From Kudoa neothunni (Eukaryota > Animalia > Cnidaria), in NCBI GenBank assembly GCA_964304625.1, contig OZ199840.1:10239220-10303219 (forward strand): a stretch of DNA of 64,000 bases, read 5' to 3'. A program made the position numbers and the translations under genes. The notes under the pieces were generated by a model, which had not been told where the DNA came from, did no database searches, and saw nothing but the letters and a program-made list of their open reading frames with translations. Shown piece by piece: positions 1 to 13,030 of the stretch (positions within the stretch are counted from its first letter, which is position 1; each line of letters starts with the position of its first letter).

Positions 1-229
1 GTAAAGTAATGAAAAGGTTAGGTTAAGCAGTTGGGTAGGACATAATGGGTGATTCCCTTGAGAAGAGGTAAGCCATCTAAGACGATAAGAAAAAGATGGT
101 CGAGGAATATTATGGGAATATATTTGTATCAGTTATCTACAATATATTATAAATTATCCGTATAAACATGTTGAAATTACATCGGCACAGTTTAACCGCC
201 ATTAATCATTGGAGTCGTCCTTCACAGCT

Positions 230-547
230 TTATTCGTACGATGGAGGCGGATTTTGGCCGCTGTAAGCAGTCAACTCTTGGGCTATATATTTTGGGGCTC
301 GTGGTGGATTGTTCGAAAATTTTATTTGATTATGGTTAGCAAATTGTGGGGTTGGTAAGTTCCTAGAACTACTCCCTAAATGTATTGTTTCAAATATTGA
401 CCCACATTAATTAGCCCTTATCCACAAACATTTAAGGAATTAAAACTCACCCGAAAAAATAAAACATTTACAACTGTATTTGACAACAAAAACGATGAAC
501 ACTATCAAATATATGCAAAACAGAATCGTTGTAAATATTATGACCAT
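230..547 (-). CDS. Small single-pass membrane protein with C-terminal PPxY motif (paralog 1; not in ORF track)
   Basis: Exons 547-451 and 375-230, joined by a phase-1 intron (G|GTGAGT...TTTAG|GG). Protein: MVIIFTTILFCIYLIVFIVFVVKYSCKCFIFSGSSSRNLPTPQFANHNQIKFSNNPPRAPKYIAQELTAYSGQNPPPSYE*. Same structure as the genes at 5.2 and 9.5 kb. Confidence 0.75.
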
Positions 548-3505
548 ATTGTAGGTCAAATTCACCTATTTTTTCATCAAAGCTATATCGGCACTGATTT
601 TAAATGGAGAAATTACTTTTAGATTCATTATGGTTTTTGGAGGTGGATTATAGTTTTATCAGTAACTTTCTTAATATAAATACATTTAAGTTACGCAATA
701 CCTATCTGAATACATTTTCAACAGTTATTCATTACTTGGTCCTGCTATGATTATTATTAATTTATGAGAAACAAACTTTATTAGTGGGATCCACTTAAAG
801 GGTAGCCGACTACCTAATCAAAATATTTACCTAATAATTAAAGTAACACTTGGGCTCATCTGATAAACTCTTTAATCTCATACTACGTGAAATTGTAGAT
901 TGTATTTATTGGATTGATATCTTAACAAATATAATGCTGAAAAAACGTAAAACCATTATACGAAATTTTTTACCATAGAAAAGTATGATTTTATTTATTG
1001 ACTTTTTCAATAAGCAGAAATAATATTCAAGCATTGGTATATATCATCTAATCCATGTAAGTTAAATCTTCTTTTCTCAAAAGAAATACATCATACGGAT
1101 TTGTATACATTACTAAAAAATTTCCTTGGACTTATTTTACTCCAATTAAATATAACAATTTTTGTTCCATAATTGAATTTTAAGTTATTATACTTGATAA
1201 ATTTTATGTATGGATTGTTGAGGAATCTGCCAACATTATACTAATGAGAAGGAAAAAACGAACGTGATAGGGAATTGGGATCATTTCTGAATAAAGTTTC
1301 CATATTTTTAAATTATATCAACAATTTAAAATGTGTAAGTATGTGAAAATTTCAATTAAGTCTAATAATAACGTTATTAATCGGCATAGGTTATTTATGT
1401 GGTAAATTTTAATCCTAAATTGCATATACGCATGCTCAATAATAATTATTAATCTTAGAAACTCTTACTCATAAACTGTATACAGATTTAATTTTTTAGG
1501 AGCTGTTATATATTATTTCTAGATCCTAAGAACGTAGTGGTTTTACAAAATAAAATACAATCAAAATTAGTGACACCTGAATATTATTTACTGTGCAAGT
1601 AGTCACTTTGTTATTAATTTCTATTCTAAATCGGATTTGGTTATTTCAAAATTATTTCGTGGTTGTATCCACCATTCAAATGGATAAAAATTTCGAATTA
1701 TCTCTGCAAATAATATCATTCAAATATTTCCGCAATCGAAGGATTAATTTGACTATAATAGATGTGTTACATTTAAAAATATGATTTTACCTTGAATGCC
1801 TTTAATCTTGACTGAAACTATTTTATACCTTCATACAGCAGATATAACATTAAATGATCAATCTCATGGCAAATTTTGGAATATGTTTCATACGGATTAA
1901 AAACATAATCCCCGGCATACGGATGACAAACGTTTCAAGCCTTGGACGGAGAATCGTACGGTCGCAAGTTCGAGACCTGTCCCGATTGGGCTACCACTTT
2001 TCTCTCCTTATTCCCTGATGGAAGATATGGTTAAAGTGTAAACTTGAAATCATGTGCGATCTAACTTTGGTTGCAGTTAGACCCGATGAGTAATATTGGA
2101 TTAAACGTTTGAATCAGCGAGAACACGTTAGGTGACAAAAATCTTGTAGCTCCATAGAACCAACGCCATTCCAGGGTATGATTTGAGATGATGATCGCTC
2201 TAAGATGAGGATGTTTATTGGGTTTAACTCCCACATAAACACAGAAAAATGTCACAAAAATTAATGCGAGGGGTTACATATTATTTGTTGATGTGCCTTT
2301 CCTCATTCGCGGAGCTAGTATGATCAATTCAAAACTCTAGGGTGTATCTTATAAACTGGAAGAGGAGTTATCCTGTACAAAAAGCATCGTTTTCTTGATG
2401 ATAATGTGCAATTATTGATTCAAGAAGAGTAACAAATCTAAAAACTTTTTTTAACGAAACAAAATTAATACTAATTTTTCGGTTAATCTAAATAATTAAA
2501 ATAAAAAACTTTATATAGTACAGCAGCAAAGTAACCTAATATAAAATTTATATTTAAACTGTTCACCACTATGGTAAAAAAATGAGTCAATGTAACCATA
2601 GAAGGATAATTTAATTTAATCCTCTAAGTTAAACTGGATAGATTTTTACCCAATTTTGTGAGTTTTGTCAAAAACATTATAGCGTATTAATGAAACAATA
2701 ATCCCTATCCATTTTGAACCTTCTATTTTTATGAAAGCTTTCAGAAAAACAAATCGAAAGTATTTTTTGCCATATATCAAAAAAGTCAATGTATAAAACC
2801 CTCTAAATCAATGGTTCTCAATCTGGGATATATTTTAAAAACAGGGGGTAAATAAAGTAACATCAAAATTGGATAGCGGCAATTTTTTCGTAATGGGGGT
2901 TGTAATGTATTTAAGGATTTCTAAGTAATTATATAATTCATGGCTGTTAAATTCAATAAGCAATTAGCAGTAATGCTAAAAATATTTTTTTTTTGAATAA
3001 GTATTCAACAACTATTTATAATCAGACTCTTTCTATTAAGGCTCGTTTATCTTTTAGTATTCTAGCCTAATAATACTTAAAATGGCTATTTGCATTGTAA
3101 ATAATATTTAAGAGACATTAGTTTTGACAATTTTTAATTATTTCTAATTCCTAATTGCAAGAGGATGTGCGAGAAATAATTTATTTTGGCAACAGCTAAA
3201 AAGTGAATGTGTAAACAGTTTTTGAGTAAGAGGTGCTAGGATTAAAGATTCCAATTTTGTAGACGTACTTGTCGTTTAGTATTAAGATTTACCAAGTCAA
3301 TAGCGCTTGCCTCAATGCCTCCCAACTGGGATACAAACTATAGACTTGGGAGGGATTGCGAGGTTCGACCACAACAAAGAGTAAATGTTGAAAAAATTTA
3401 GGACAATTACGCCTTATCGCAGAAGTGGGAAAACTTAAAAATCCACGGGCCATTATATTCAAAAATAGCTTTTTACACTGACATTAGATAGCAAATAGAA
3501 AAATA

Positions 3506-3718
3506 CAGTCGAGATTGGATATTGCGTGATATAAGATTTTCATTATGATAATAATTCCATTGGAGTTTAATTTTAAATCATTATAATACTTACGATTAAT
3601 AAGTTATTTATTTCAAAAAAATTGTTTCTATGTGTCCCTGGCTCAATATTGCATAAAATCTTTTTATTGCGTGAATCTTCCTCGATCCCCAAAATTACAC
3701 AATATCGAGTCTCAACTG
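3506..3718. mobile_element. Tc1/mariner (pogo/Tigger-like) MITE
   Basis: TA|CAGTCGAGATTGGATATTG ... CAATATCGAGTCTCAACTG|TA: imperfect terminal inverted repeats with TA target duplication, 213 bp. Confidence 0.7.
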
Positions 3719-3911
3719 TAATTTTTTTTAACGTAATTCATTTCAAATCGAATAGATGGAATAATTTGGGGAAATGTATTCTAAGCGTGAGAATAAAACA
3801 CATAATTAATATTGAGTAATAACAATTTTTCTGAGATTCGTAATGAAAGAGCTGGGGGTCCTGGTTTTCCCACCCTTGCTTATCGTATGCGGAGGGATTG
3901 TCAATTTCGTT

Positions 3912-4992
3912 CAGTGTTGCCAAGCGTGTCCGATTTCGGACAAATTAGCCAAAATTGTCCGGTTTTTTCCATGTGTCCTATTTTGTCCGATATTTACTCT
4001 TGTTCTTCGATAGACTGAATAATCGCAAAAGAGAGTTTCAAAGATACGGAGTTTTTGCAAATTCACAAAAAATAGAATTTAATCGTTGCTGATTTCATTA
4101 CGAGAAATCTTCGAATAGAAAATTTTATACTTGGAACAATGCTTTATTTCAAATTGAAATGTCCGCAATAGAAGTTCACCAAACACAAGATACAAATTGG
4201 AATTTTAATAATTCTTAAAGCCCACGTAATACAAAAATTGAGCTCAGAAAAACATGCCAAAAATTTATCAAAATGAACACATTCTTAAATTTTATGCTCC
4301 TGTTAAAACCAACATTTTGGATTTTTTACCATTATTAGCGACAAAACATAGTTTTATCATGGCCATGAATCATTTTGGTATAATTACGAGGAGATTGTTG
4401 TGCTTGAATTTAAAAAAAGACTCTGATGTTGGTGATATTCAATGCTAAGTTATCATCACAAGTGTTTGTTATCAATTTTCAAAAAATTCTTATTTTAGGT
4501 ATTATCTACTTGACTAATTTTTATTAATTTTAATGAATCAATGGTCGCACATACAAATAAAACCTCATCCAGGTCTGGTCTAGGTATTAGTTGTCACGTG
4601 ATGCTAAAAAATCGAACGAAAGGCTGTAATAAAATTGTTTGATTAAATAATTAACAATCGCCTTTTGGCCATTGTTTTTCGGCAAATAAATTTTTATTCT
4701 ATCGGAAAATACTGCATATCTACTTCCTCTAGCTCTGATTAACGCTTCTCCAGAAATATCATTGTCTCGTCTGGAATTATCGAAAATATCAGAAGCACTT
4801 GAATTTTGTGCGCTACATTAGATAATTTTGTTCTAATGAGGAAATTTTTCAACACGTTTACCAAAAAATGTCATAAATTTAAAGTTTCTGAGTTAATCAT
4901 AAATTAACGTAATATTTATATGTATATATAATTAAATATTGGTTCTGTTTTAACAGAAAATTCCTATTTGTCCGATTTGGGTTGGCAACGTT
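3912..4992. mobile_element. Degenerate DNA transposon with TIRs
   Basis: Left end CAGTGTTGCCAAG with repeated TGTCCGATTT subterminal motifs; right end TTGTCCGATTTGGGTTGGCAACGTTG; no clear TSD. Confidence 0.5.
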
Positions 4993-5188
4993 GGTAGCAG
5001 ATGTATTTAATTGTGACAACGATAAGTAACGAAATATATCGAATTAGATCATACACAAAATTGCGCCATGAAATTCAACCCCGAAATTTATACCAAAAAA
5101 TTAATGATGGATACAATTTATAGATTTTTAAGATGACACATTGTTTGGGAATAGTCTTAAACAATATTATTCTGTACACGTTAAATAA

Positions 5189-5658
5189 CTAGATTTGTTC
5201 GTAAGATGGGGGAGGAGGATCTTCATTGTGGTGGGCATTGAGGGCTGTCGGATAGTTTGAATCGAAGTAGTCTGGAGCGAGTGGGGGCTTGTGTATGAAG
5301 TGATCTCTGTCTAGAATGTTGGAAGAGGTTTGCTCCACAACGGCCACTTCATGTGGAGTGATCACAATGTATTGGGTTGGATTGTTGTAACCTGCCGCTA
5401 AATGTACCTCTTCGTTGTCATCACCTATACAAACCAAATTATATAAACGTCCAGTATATCGTTGGTCATCGAGATGACTTTTCCGACATCCAAAACTCCA
5501 GGAAAAGCCATGCATGCAATGATACCAACATCCGATTCACACGCCACAAAATTACATTGTCTGTTGTAGTAGTTTTTGCAAAGTGTATAAACGTAATAAA
5601 AAAATAGTATCAAAATAAAAATAATCACAGAGCATGAGTACAAGCTCGAAAATAGCAT
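5189..5658 (-). CDS. Small single-pass membrane protein with C-terminal PPxY motif (paralog 2)
   Basis: Exon 5658-5556 (TM segment, then CKNYYNRQ) and exon 5424-5189, joined by phase-1 intron 5425-5555 (GTAATT...GTATAG). This links two ORF-track ORFs in frame; the protein ends EDPPPPSYEQI*. Confidence 0.8.
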
Positions 5659-6812
5659 AACGATATTCGAATTCGTTTTTGGTCGGCCTCATTATTTAAA
5701 TCATTAATCCACTTATTTTTAAGCATAAGGGTAGTTTTAGCCATAGTAATTCTTGCAGATTTCACAGTTGTAACAACAAAACGACGCATTGATAATTTTT
5801 ATAGGCGCTAAATTAAGTGATAACACAACTTTGTGATTATTTATCAACTAACGAGGAGATAACAGTTTTACATCAATCATATCCCATACTTAGTTGGAGT
5901 TAATTATTTCAGACGTGATAAATTGGTTATTATATTGGACGCTTGTGTCGATGTCGGACAAACATTATAGATAATAGATTTATTTAAATATCTTTGTAGG
6001 TTGATATAGTAATTTTAAAAGGGATTGCTCTTAAAGTTGTTCTTATTGGACCTTCTTTATTTGTATCAAAGCTAAAAAATAACATTTTACTTTATCAGCT
6101 AGCATTTATGAACTTCATTAATTTTCAAATCGAATTACTAGTATGATTCAATCAATAATGAAAACATGTTTCACTTATATAATAATTAGGTAGTTGAACA
6201 GTTTAAAAACGATACAGTCTTGCGATAAAATATTTTTACCCACGACACACTTTCTAATCGAATTAAGGATTGAACTATTATTGGATGTATTTTTAACAAG
6301 AATAAGTATATAGCCGTGAATATTGGTATAATCAATTTTTGTGATTAATGAAAATCTATTGGTAAGCGAAAATTGAAGAATTTTCTGACTAGATCCCATT
6401 GAAATAGTTCTCGGTGGATATAGATGAGATTTATATACAGTAAAGTCTTGATATAAAGTGCTTCAATATAACGTAGTTGACATTTTCTGTCAAAGTTTAG
6501 GTTGAGTTAGTAAATATTTTGATTGTCATAGTTACTTAATTAAGAAATAAACAACAATAAGCAAAAATTGTGATTTTTTTTTATTATAATTCGAAGGCAG
6601 TTTGAGTGATTTGCTATAGCGAAGTAGAATTCTCTGTTCTAACCGGTGTAATCCTCTCAATTGCATAACTTAACGAGAAATATGGAGAATAACTATTAGC
6701 ATGATAAATAATATTTAGTTGACGCTAGTTTCGACTATGATTAATTATTTCTGGGACTTAAATGTGATATAAACTAGACTAATTTCCAAATAAAAAACCA
6801 CATTATATAAAA

Positions 6813-7190
6813 CTAGTGTGAACTGGCCGTCGTTGTTTGGGGAAAATTTCGCATAGAAACGTTTTTTAATAACATTTAAAAAATATATTGAAATTTCGAA
6901 TTAATCCATAGAAGAAAAATAACTAAAAAATTTTAAGCTACATTAACGATTTGGATTATGAAATTTAAATAATGATCATTTCTTGGAAGGAGTATTCCAA
7001 TCCCGGCGTTTATTTAAAAATTTTGTGGTTCGACATCAACGCTAAACAATTTAAGGTCAGCATAGGATTTTTTTCATTCCCGAATTATTTATATTACATT
7101 AAAGTGTTATCTAGAACGTTATTTTTTGGACTGGAGGATTTTTAAAAGTCGAATTCTGGCCCAGATCGAAAACTGTGTGCACCACTATGT
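6813..7190 (-). mobile_element. Non-autonomous Helitron, 3' fragment
   Basis: Similar to 30609-30990; CTAG terminus at 6813 with a degenerate GC hairpin. Confidence 0.6.
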
Positions 7191-8355
7191 TTTTAATATC
7201 ATAAAATATACAAAAAGCAATAATTAATTGTGTACAAATTAATAATAATATTTAACGTGCCCTTATCCGAATAGAATCAGAATGGTTCGATCTCAATTTT
7301 GTCTCATTTAGAAAAGTATATCCACTTTTTTCGATTAGACCTAATATAATATTGATTAATTTTGTATTTATATTATTTATTGGTACGTATACACGAAAGT
7401 GAATACTAATGAAGGTTGAATTACCTTGAGTTTTATTTGACACTGTTTTGGACGGAATGAAAAACTAAAATGTTAATTTTTAAGGCTCATCGATTAATTA
7501 AATTAGATATGATCAAATACACTTAATTTTAATTAGAAAACATTTATATATTAATTGCTTCTAAATTCTAATGTGATGGGAGGTTTGTTCAAAATTATCA
7601 ACAGTTTAAGTAAAAAAATCAATACTTTTGAAAGAAATGATGGGCGGAACTTTTTTTTAAGACGTGGAATGCGATAAAAAAATTGAGAAACACTACCTTA
7701 AGGTTTTATACTCGTTTAGCCACAACAGTGGCCATTTGAGGTGTAAATTCTGGCCCTAGAAAGTACATATGCTTGCGTAACGACAATTTCTAATCCCATC
7801 AACTCATCCACAATCTGCATACAGGTTTTATTTTTTATATTTTACTAAATCAAATTAATTCTTCCCTAATTTCTCGCTCTTAAAAAACTAGAGATAATTA
7901 AAAATAGGCATTTTAAATATTTATTATTATTAATCGTTTCGTATTGAAAATTATATTAATCATTTTCAATATAATTTCTAGAATTCCAATAATATCATTC
8001 CCTTAAAATCATTTTTTGATCAAGTTGACAAAAAAAAAAATTTTTCGGGTATATCCCTCGGATATGTTCGTTTATACTCGCCCAAAAATTTTACTTGTGT
8101 TTACTCTTAAAAATTCAAAAATAGAACTCCTTTAGCCCATTAAACTAAATTAAGAATTTTGAATTTAATTTTGGGTTACTGCGTCTTTTGGTTTCTGACA
8201 AAAAAATGGGTTCAACTTGACCCGTAAAGAAGAAAATGTATAGTCTTAATTATGTCGTGAATCAATTATTCGATCCTCATATTACTTAACTTTTAATGTA
8301 TAAAATATTGTTTCGAATAATAAGAAATATCTAAAGAAGATTGGGACTCTATTAA

Positions 8356-9216
8356 CCTTTCCGCTAAGAAGGGGGGTGTATATTAGGTACCACAAATAAG
8401 ATAAATTCCTCCCAATTCCTAACAAACTCAATTTATTCTATTGAAATTTCATGAATGCTTCCCTAATAATTCAGTACACCAATAGGTAAAAAGTTAATGT
8501 ATATCTAACTTTTAACAAGAAGTATGGCTTCAAATTTTTAATTAGTCAGATGGGTTCGTTCATAATAATCACTTTTGCCACTGCAAAATATTCATTTACA
8601 TTTTTTTGGATATTTAAATCAAATATATCTCAATAATTTTAATTTTGGCCAGGTATTTTCAAATTTAAATTATGAGATAAGAATTAACGAAGATTAATAC
8701 ATAACAGTCGTGGTCTGGTGAATGCTATTTCGTTGTAAAGTTGAGAGTTTCAGTTTAATTTAAACATTTAATGGGTTATGAGGGAAACTTAATGAATAAC
8801 ATGGAGTAGATGCCTGGTTTCGAGATTAAGGCGTTACTATAACCTGAGGATGATCCCGCGTGCTATTGTTACCCCAATATTTTGATAATATGTTGATAGG
8901 TTTGTGTGCACTCCTCCATAAGTTTAGAAGTTTTATTCGAAATTAGACTTGTCTCGTACTTGAAACTATATAATATCGACAACAAATTTAATAAAAGATT
9001 TATTCGGGCGTAGGTTGATGTTTAAATTGTAGAATACCTATCGATTAATGGGGTTTCATGGCCGATTATACTCAATAATATATAAAGTGTTGATGAATTA
9101 AAATATATTAGAAATATGTTTTAAGTAGATATGAGTTGTTAAAATAATAAAAAAATAATTTCTAATGGGGTCTCTCGGGGACCCACGGGATTTTTTCGAG
9201 CTCGGTACGGAAAGGG
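8356..9216. mobile_element. piggyBac-like non-autonomous element
   Basis: TTAA|CCTTTCCG ... CGGAAAGGG|TTAA. Confidence 0.65.
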
Positions 9217-9524
9217 TTAATATGTGGTTTAACGGATAACAATGTAGGTTGTAGTTAGATTAGCCCCAAGGAGACATGAGAAGTATATTTTATTTTAAAA
9301 ACAAGTTTATCCTTAATAATATAAATATTTATGAAAACTTATTTAAAACTTGTCATTTTTGAAGTAGTAAATTTATAGATAGATCGTAATATATATTGGA
9401 CTGAATAGCAAGCAGCACAAAAGAAAAACTGTTGGCAATAAATACAAAATTATTTTATGAAATAATTAAATACCAAATGTAAAAAATTTGGCGATGGTTT
9501 CCAAATATCTTACATCGGGTCATT

Positions 9525-10039
9525 TCAACCTATTGGTTGGTATGGCGGAGGTGGTTCGTTTGGGTTATGTTGAAGGTATTGCTGGTTGTCAATATTTTGG
9601 TCAATGTCATCATAATAACTGGATGATTCAGCTGAATTTGTAGGTAGGCAATCAATGCGTGCCTCAGTGACAACAATAAGATGTGACCTTCTGGGTACAG
9701 TATTTGATTCGGTTGTTTTTCCACCTAAAAAAAGTACATAATGATTCACCGATAAAGCATGAAAACCACAAGCCAATAAATAAATATTCGACATGTCGCA
9801 AATAAATACTATCGCTTAAATTTATTGAAATATAAACTAGTGAAGAACAACATTGTAAAATTGTTCACGCTTTTATCTCCACTTTTTAAGGGTTGCGTTT
9901 TTAATGATAAAATTGAAAATCGGCATTTGATACTCAAGAATTTGCAGCATTTCCATATAGAAGAACTTATGACATATATCAAGATGGCCAATAATATTGT
10001 TCCACTAATAACTCTAAACACAGTACCGATATCGTCCAT
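9525..10039 (-). CDS. Small single-pass membrane protein with C-terminal PPxY motif (paralog 3)
   Basis: Exon 10039-9934 (MDDIGTVFRVISGTILLAILIYVISSSIWKCCKFL) and exon 9724-9525, joined by phase-1 intron 9725-9933; ends NEPPPPYQPIG*. Confidence 0.8.
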
Positions 10040-10980
10040 TTCTATTCCACTTAGGCCTTTTCAGCAGGAATTAACTATTATTCTCTTAAAACTGATAATA
10101 TTTTCTCCAATGAATTAACACAAAGATAAATCGGTTAAGATGATGATTAACGATGATCATTCAAATAACTGTTTCGTTATCAATAGCTTAGTTGAATAGG
10201 TCATTTATATGAAGTATAATAAACCATGAACTTATCAAGTTTCGTTTCATACCTAAACACGAATATTTATTAAATAAGTAATAGAGAGATTTTACATAGA
10301 GAAAAAAATGTCTGTAGAAAATTTTCAGGGTGTAAAATCCAAATTTTTTAAGTCCCTCTATGATTTATTGGTCTTTATAAAGAAATTTGTCTTTAGGTTT
10401 CATCGCATTAAAAAGTAGCACTAAACTCCGCAAATTTTATTTTAATCTCTTTATTAATAAATTATTTGTACATAATTATTCCTATTTAATAGAAGTAAAC
10501 TAGTTGTAAAATTATCTAATAAACGAAGTTAATTTTTTAAGTAGAAACTTCTAAATTTATTTTTTTGGTTATAAAATAAAAACCGAATCATAATTAACCA
10601 ATTAACTCTCCGGAGCACACGCGAGTAACTAATTGTACGAGTAAGCGTGGGTTAAAAATTAACTCCACTCTAAAAACACGAAAATCTGAAATTATAAATT
10701 ATTAAAATAAAACGTTACACGATGAGAAAATTATTCAAAGCAAATAGTTGTAGGAAAAAATATTAAATTTAAGTTCTAATTAATCAAATAAAATAATATA
10801 AACAATTGTTAATCTATATTACAGCTAGATATGTGGATTTAATTGATCATATTGAATAAAATTAATTAAACCAACCAAGTTTTTTAGTAAAAGTTTATGA
10901 AATAAAAAAACTCAATATGCATAAAAATAACCCCAACGAATATTTAATATTATAACCAATATGGAATAGTTAATATTTTG

Positions 10981-13030
10981 TTATACGAAACCTTTTTGGC
11001 GACTTTCGATTTGAACAAATTTTTTAGATCTTTTCACATAAAACAAGACACCAACAATCAGCAATAATATAACTACTCCAGCCATACTACTTGTAATTGC
11101 AGCCACGTTCGTTTTACTCATACTATTAGTAACCGATGTGGTAGTGCTTTTATTTGTTTGAATGTCAGTAATGGATGAGTCAAATATTGGGTCTGTTATA
11201 GTTGAGGAGTTAGATTCAGTCTCTGAAGTGTTTATAGGCTGGTTTACACCATTAACATCCTTAACGATTTCTTTATCCAAAATCTCCTTATTTTGATGTT
11301 CGGGCACTCCTTTATTTTTTGATCCCCTTTTCAAAATTTCTTCTTGCGAAGATGGATTGTCTGTTTGAGTGTGCGGGACATTTGCCGCATTTTCTTGGGC
11401 GGGGGGAATAATTTCTAAAATAAGGTAAATCCTTAACAGGAACTACTACATGCACGTTTATTTCAGAAATTATATTACCTGTAGGTAAGTTGAATTGATT
11501 TATCAATTTTCCAGTTTCTTGTTCCAATTGAATCATATAGGTAGTAAACGAAAATCTATCGTCACGAACCATGCCATCTATTTCGCTAATGCGCGACTTC
11601 GCAGTATCGATTATAGTTAGATAGTCAGTAATTTCTTTTGAATCTCTAGTGGAAACATAACTGTATACATTTTGAGAGTATTTTGATAATTTGATTTCGA
11701 TTGGGTGACCAGGTGTTAAATTATCATTCTGTATTTCATCTATAACAGAAAGAACTTCTTTTGTAATCTCTACACTTCCTTTCTCGTTTGTGGCCTTATT
11801 TAAAACATTGTCACGTTTTGCTGAGATGTCTTTTATTAAAGCTTCCAGTTGAGTTAGTTTTGATATCTGAATAGCTCTTTTGGATTTTATGACCTCCAAT
11901 TGACTCATATGATTTTGCAGTAAATTTATTTTGGCTTTCAACAAAGAACTGACTTCTATAGTAAGTTGATGGAGGTTCTCTGATACTTTTTGGATTAAAG
12001 TATTTATTTCATTGGTTTTTTGTTCAGCCTTAACTTTACTTACATCTATATTTCTAAATGAACTGTTTAGTTTTGCAATTTCACTCAAGAAATATTGTGG
12101 TGTATTTTCATGAATCTTTTCTATCCAATCTGAATAGGTTCTTAGTTCTGTAGACAAACTATTTTTTAAATTATGAGTTTCCCCTGCAAATTTTCCTATG
12201 TCAGTTTTTATGTCTTCGTATTTTTGAATGGTGGTTTTTATAATGGGGTTTATTGAAGGAATCACTTTACCTGTTTCACATGTGTCTTTTATCGCATCAA
12301 CATCGCTTTGTATTTCCGAATATGTTTGATCTAAATTGTCCTGTATTTTGTAAGAGCTGATTATATTTTTATAGATATTTGCGTCATTTCGAACATTACC
12401 ACCGCAAACATCCTTTGCGGTTTTTATAGAGGTGAATAATAAATCAATATAATCATGCTCATCTTTAATACGTTCAATTGCCAATCGGGCTTTCTGGATT
12501 TTGGTCCTTAAATTAGAGTTTTCGTTTGATAGATCTTTGTGTGCAGTTCTCGAAGCTTTTACGTCATTTATTAAGCCATCGAATTGCTTATAGTATTTCG
12601 ATAATACTGCATTAACAGCTGGAATCTTTTCTATGATAAACTTTGCATCTTTTAAGATTTTCAAAGCTGAACTCATCTTTGAGAACGTATCGTGTGGGTT
12701 CAAAACGTAATGTCGTGGATTTATCTCTTTGCTTCTGAAATCACGTTCCAGCTGATCAATGTCGCAATGTTTAAAGTCTTTGTCACCCAAAGTGTATTGA
12801 CTTCTCATATATTTTTCAAAAGGTGCATTAGGATTATTGGTGCATTTTATTTGATGCATAGTGGTGAAATCTCTATCATTTTGTAATTTGAGGCCACTTT
12901 CGTTGTCAAATGAGCGATCCAAAAATACATCAGCTCGTAATAGACTACATTTAACTAGAGATATTAGTTATGAATATTACATCAATATTTGAAATAATTT
13001 ACTTGATATCAATAGCAACAAAAACCACAT
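10981..13030 (-). CDS. Helical-ectodomain type I surface protein, copy 1 (frame break near 11400-11480)
   Basis: Signal exon 13030-13003 (MWFLLLLIS), 48-nt phase-1 intron 12955-13002, then the long ORF. The stalk, TM (SSMAGVVILLLIVGVLFYV) and tail are in another frame. Paralogous to the genes at 16.6, 23 and 60 kb. Confidence 0.8.
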
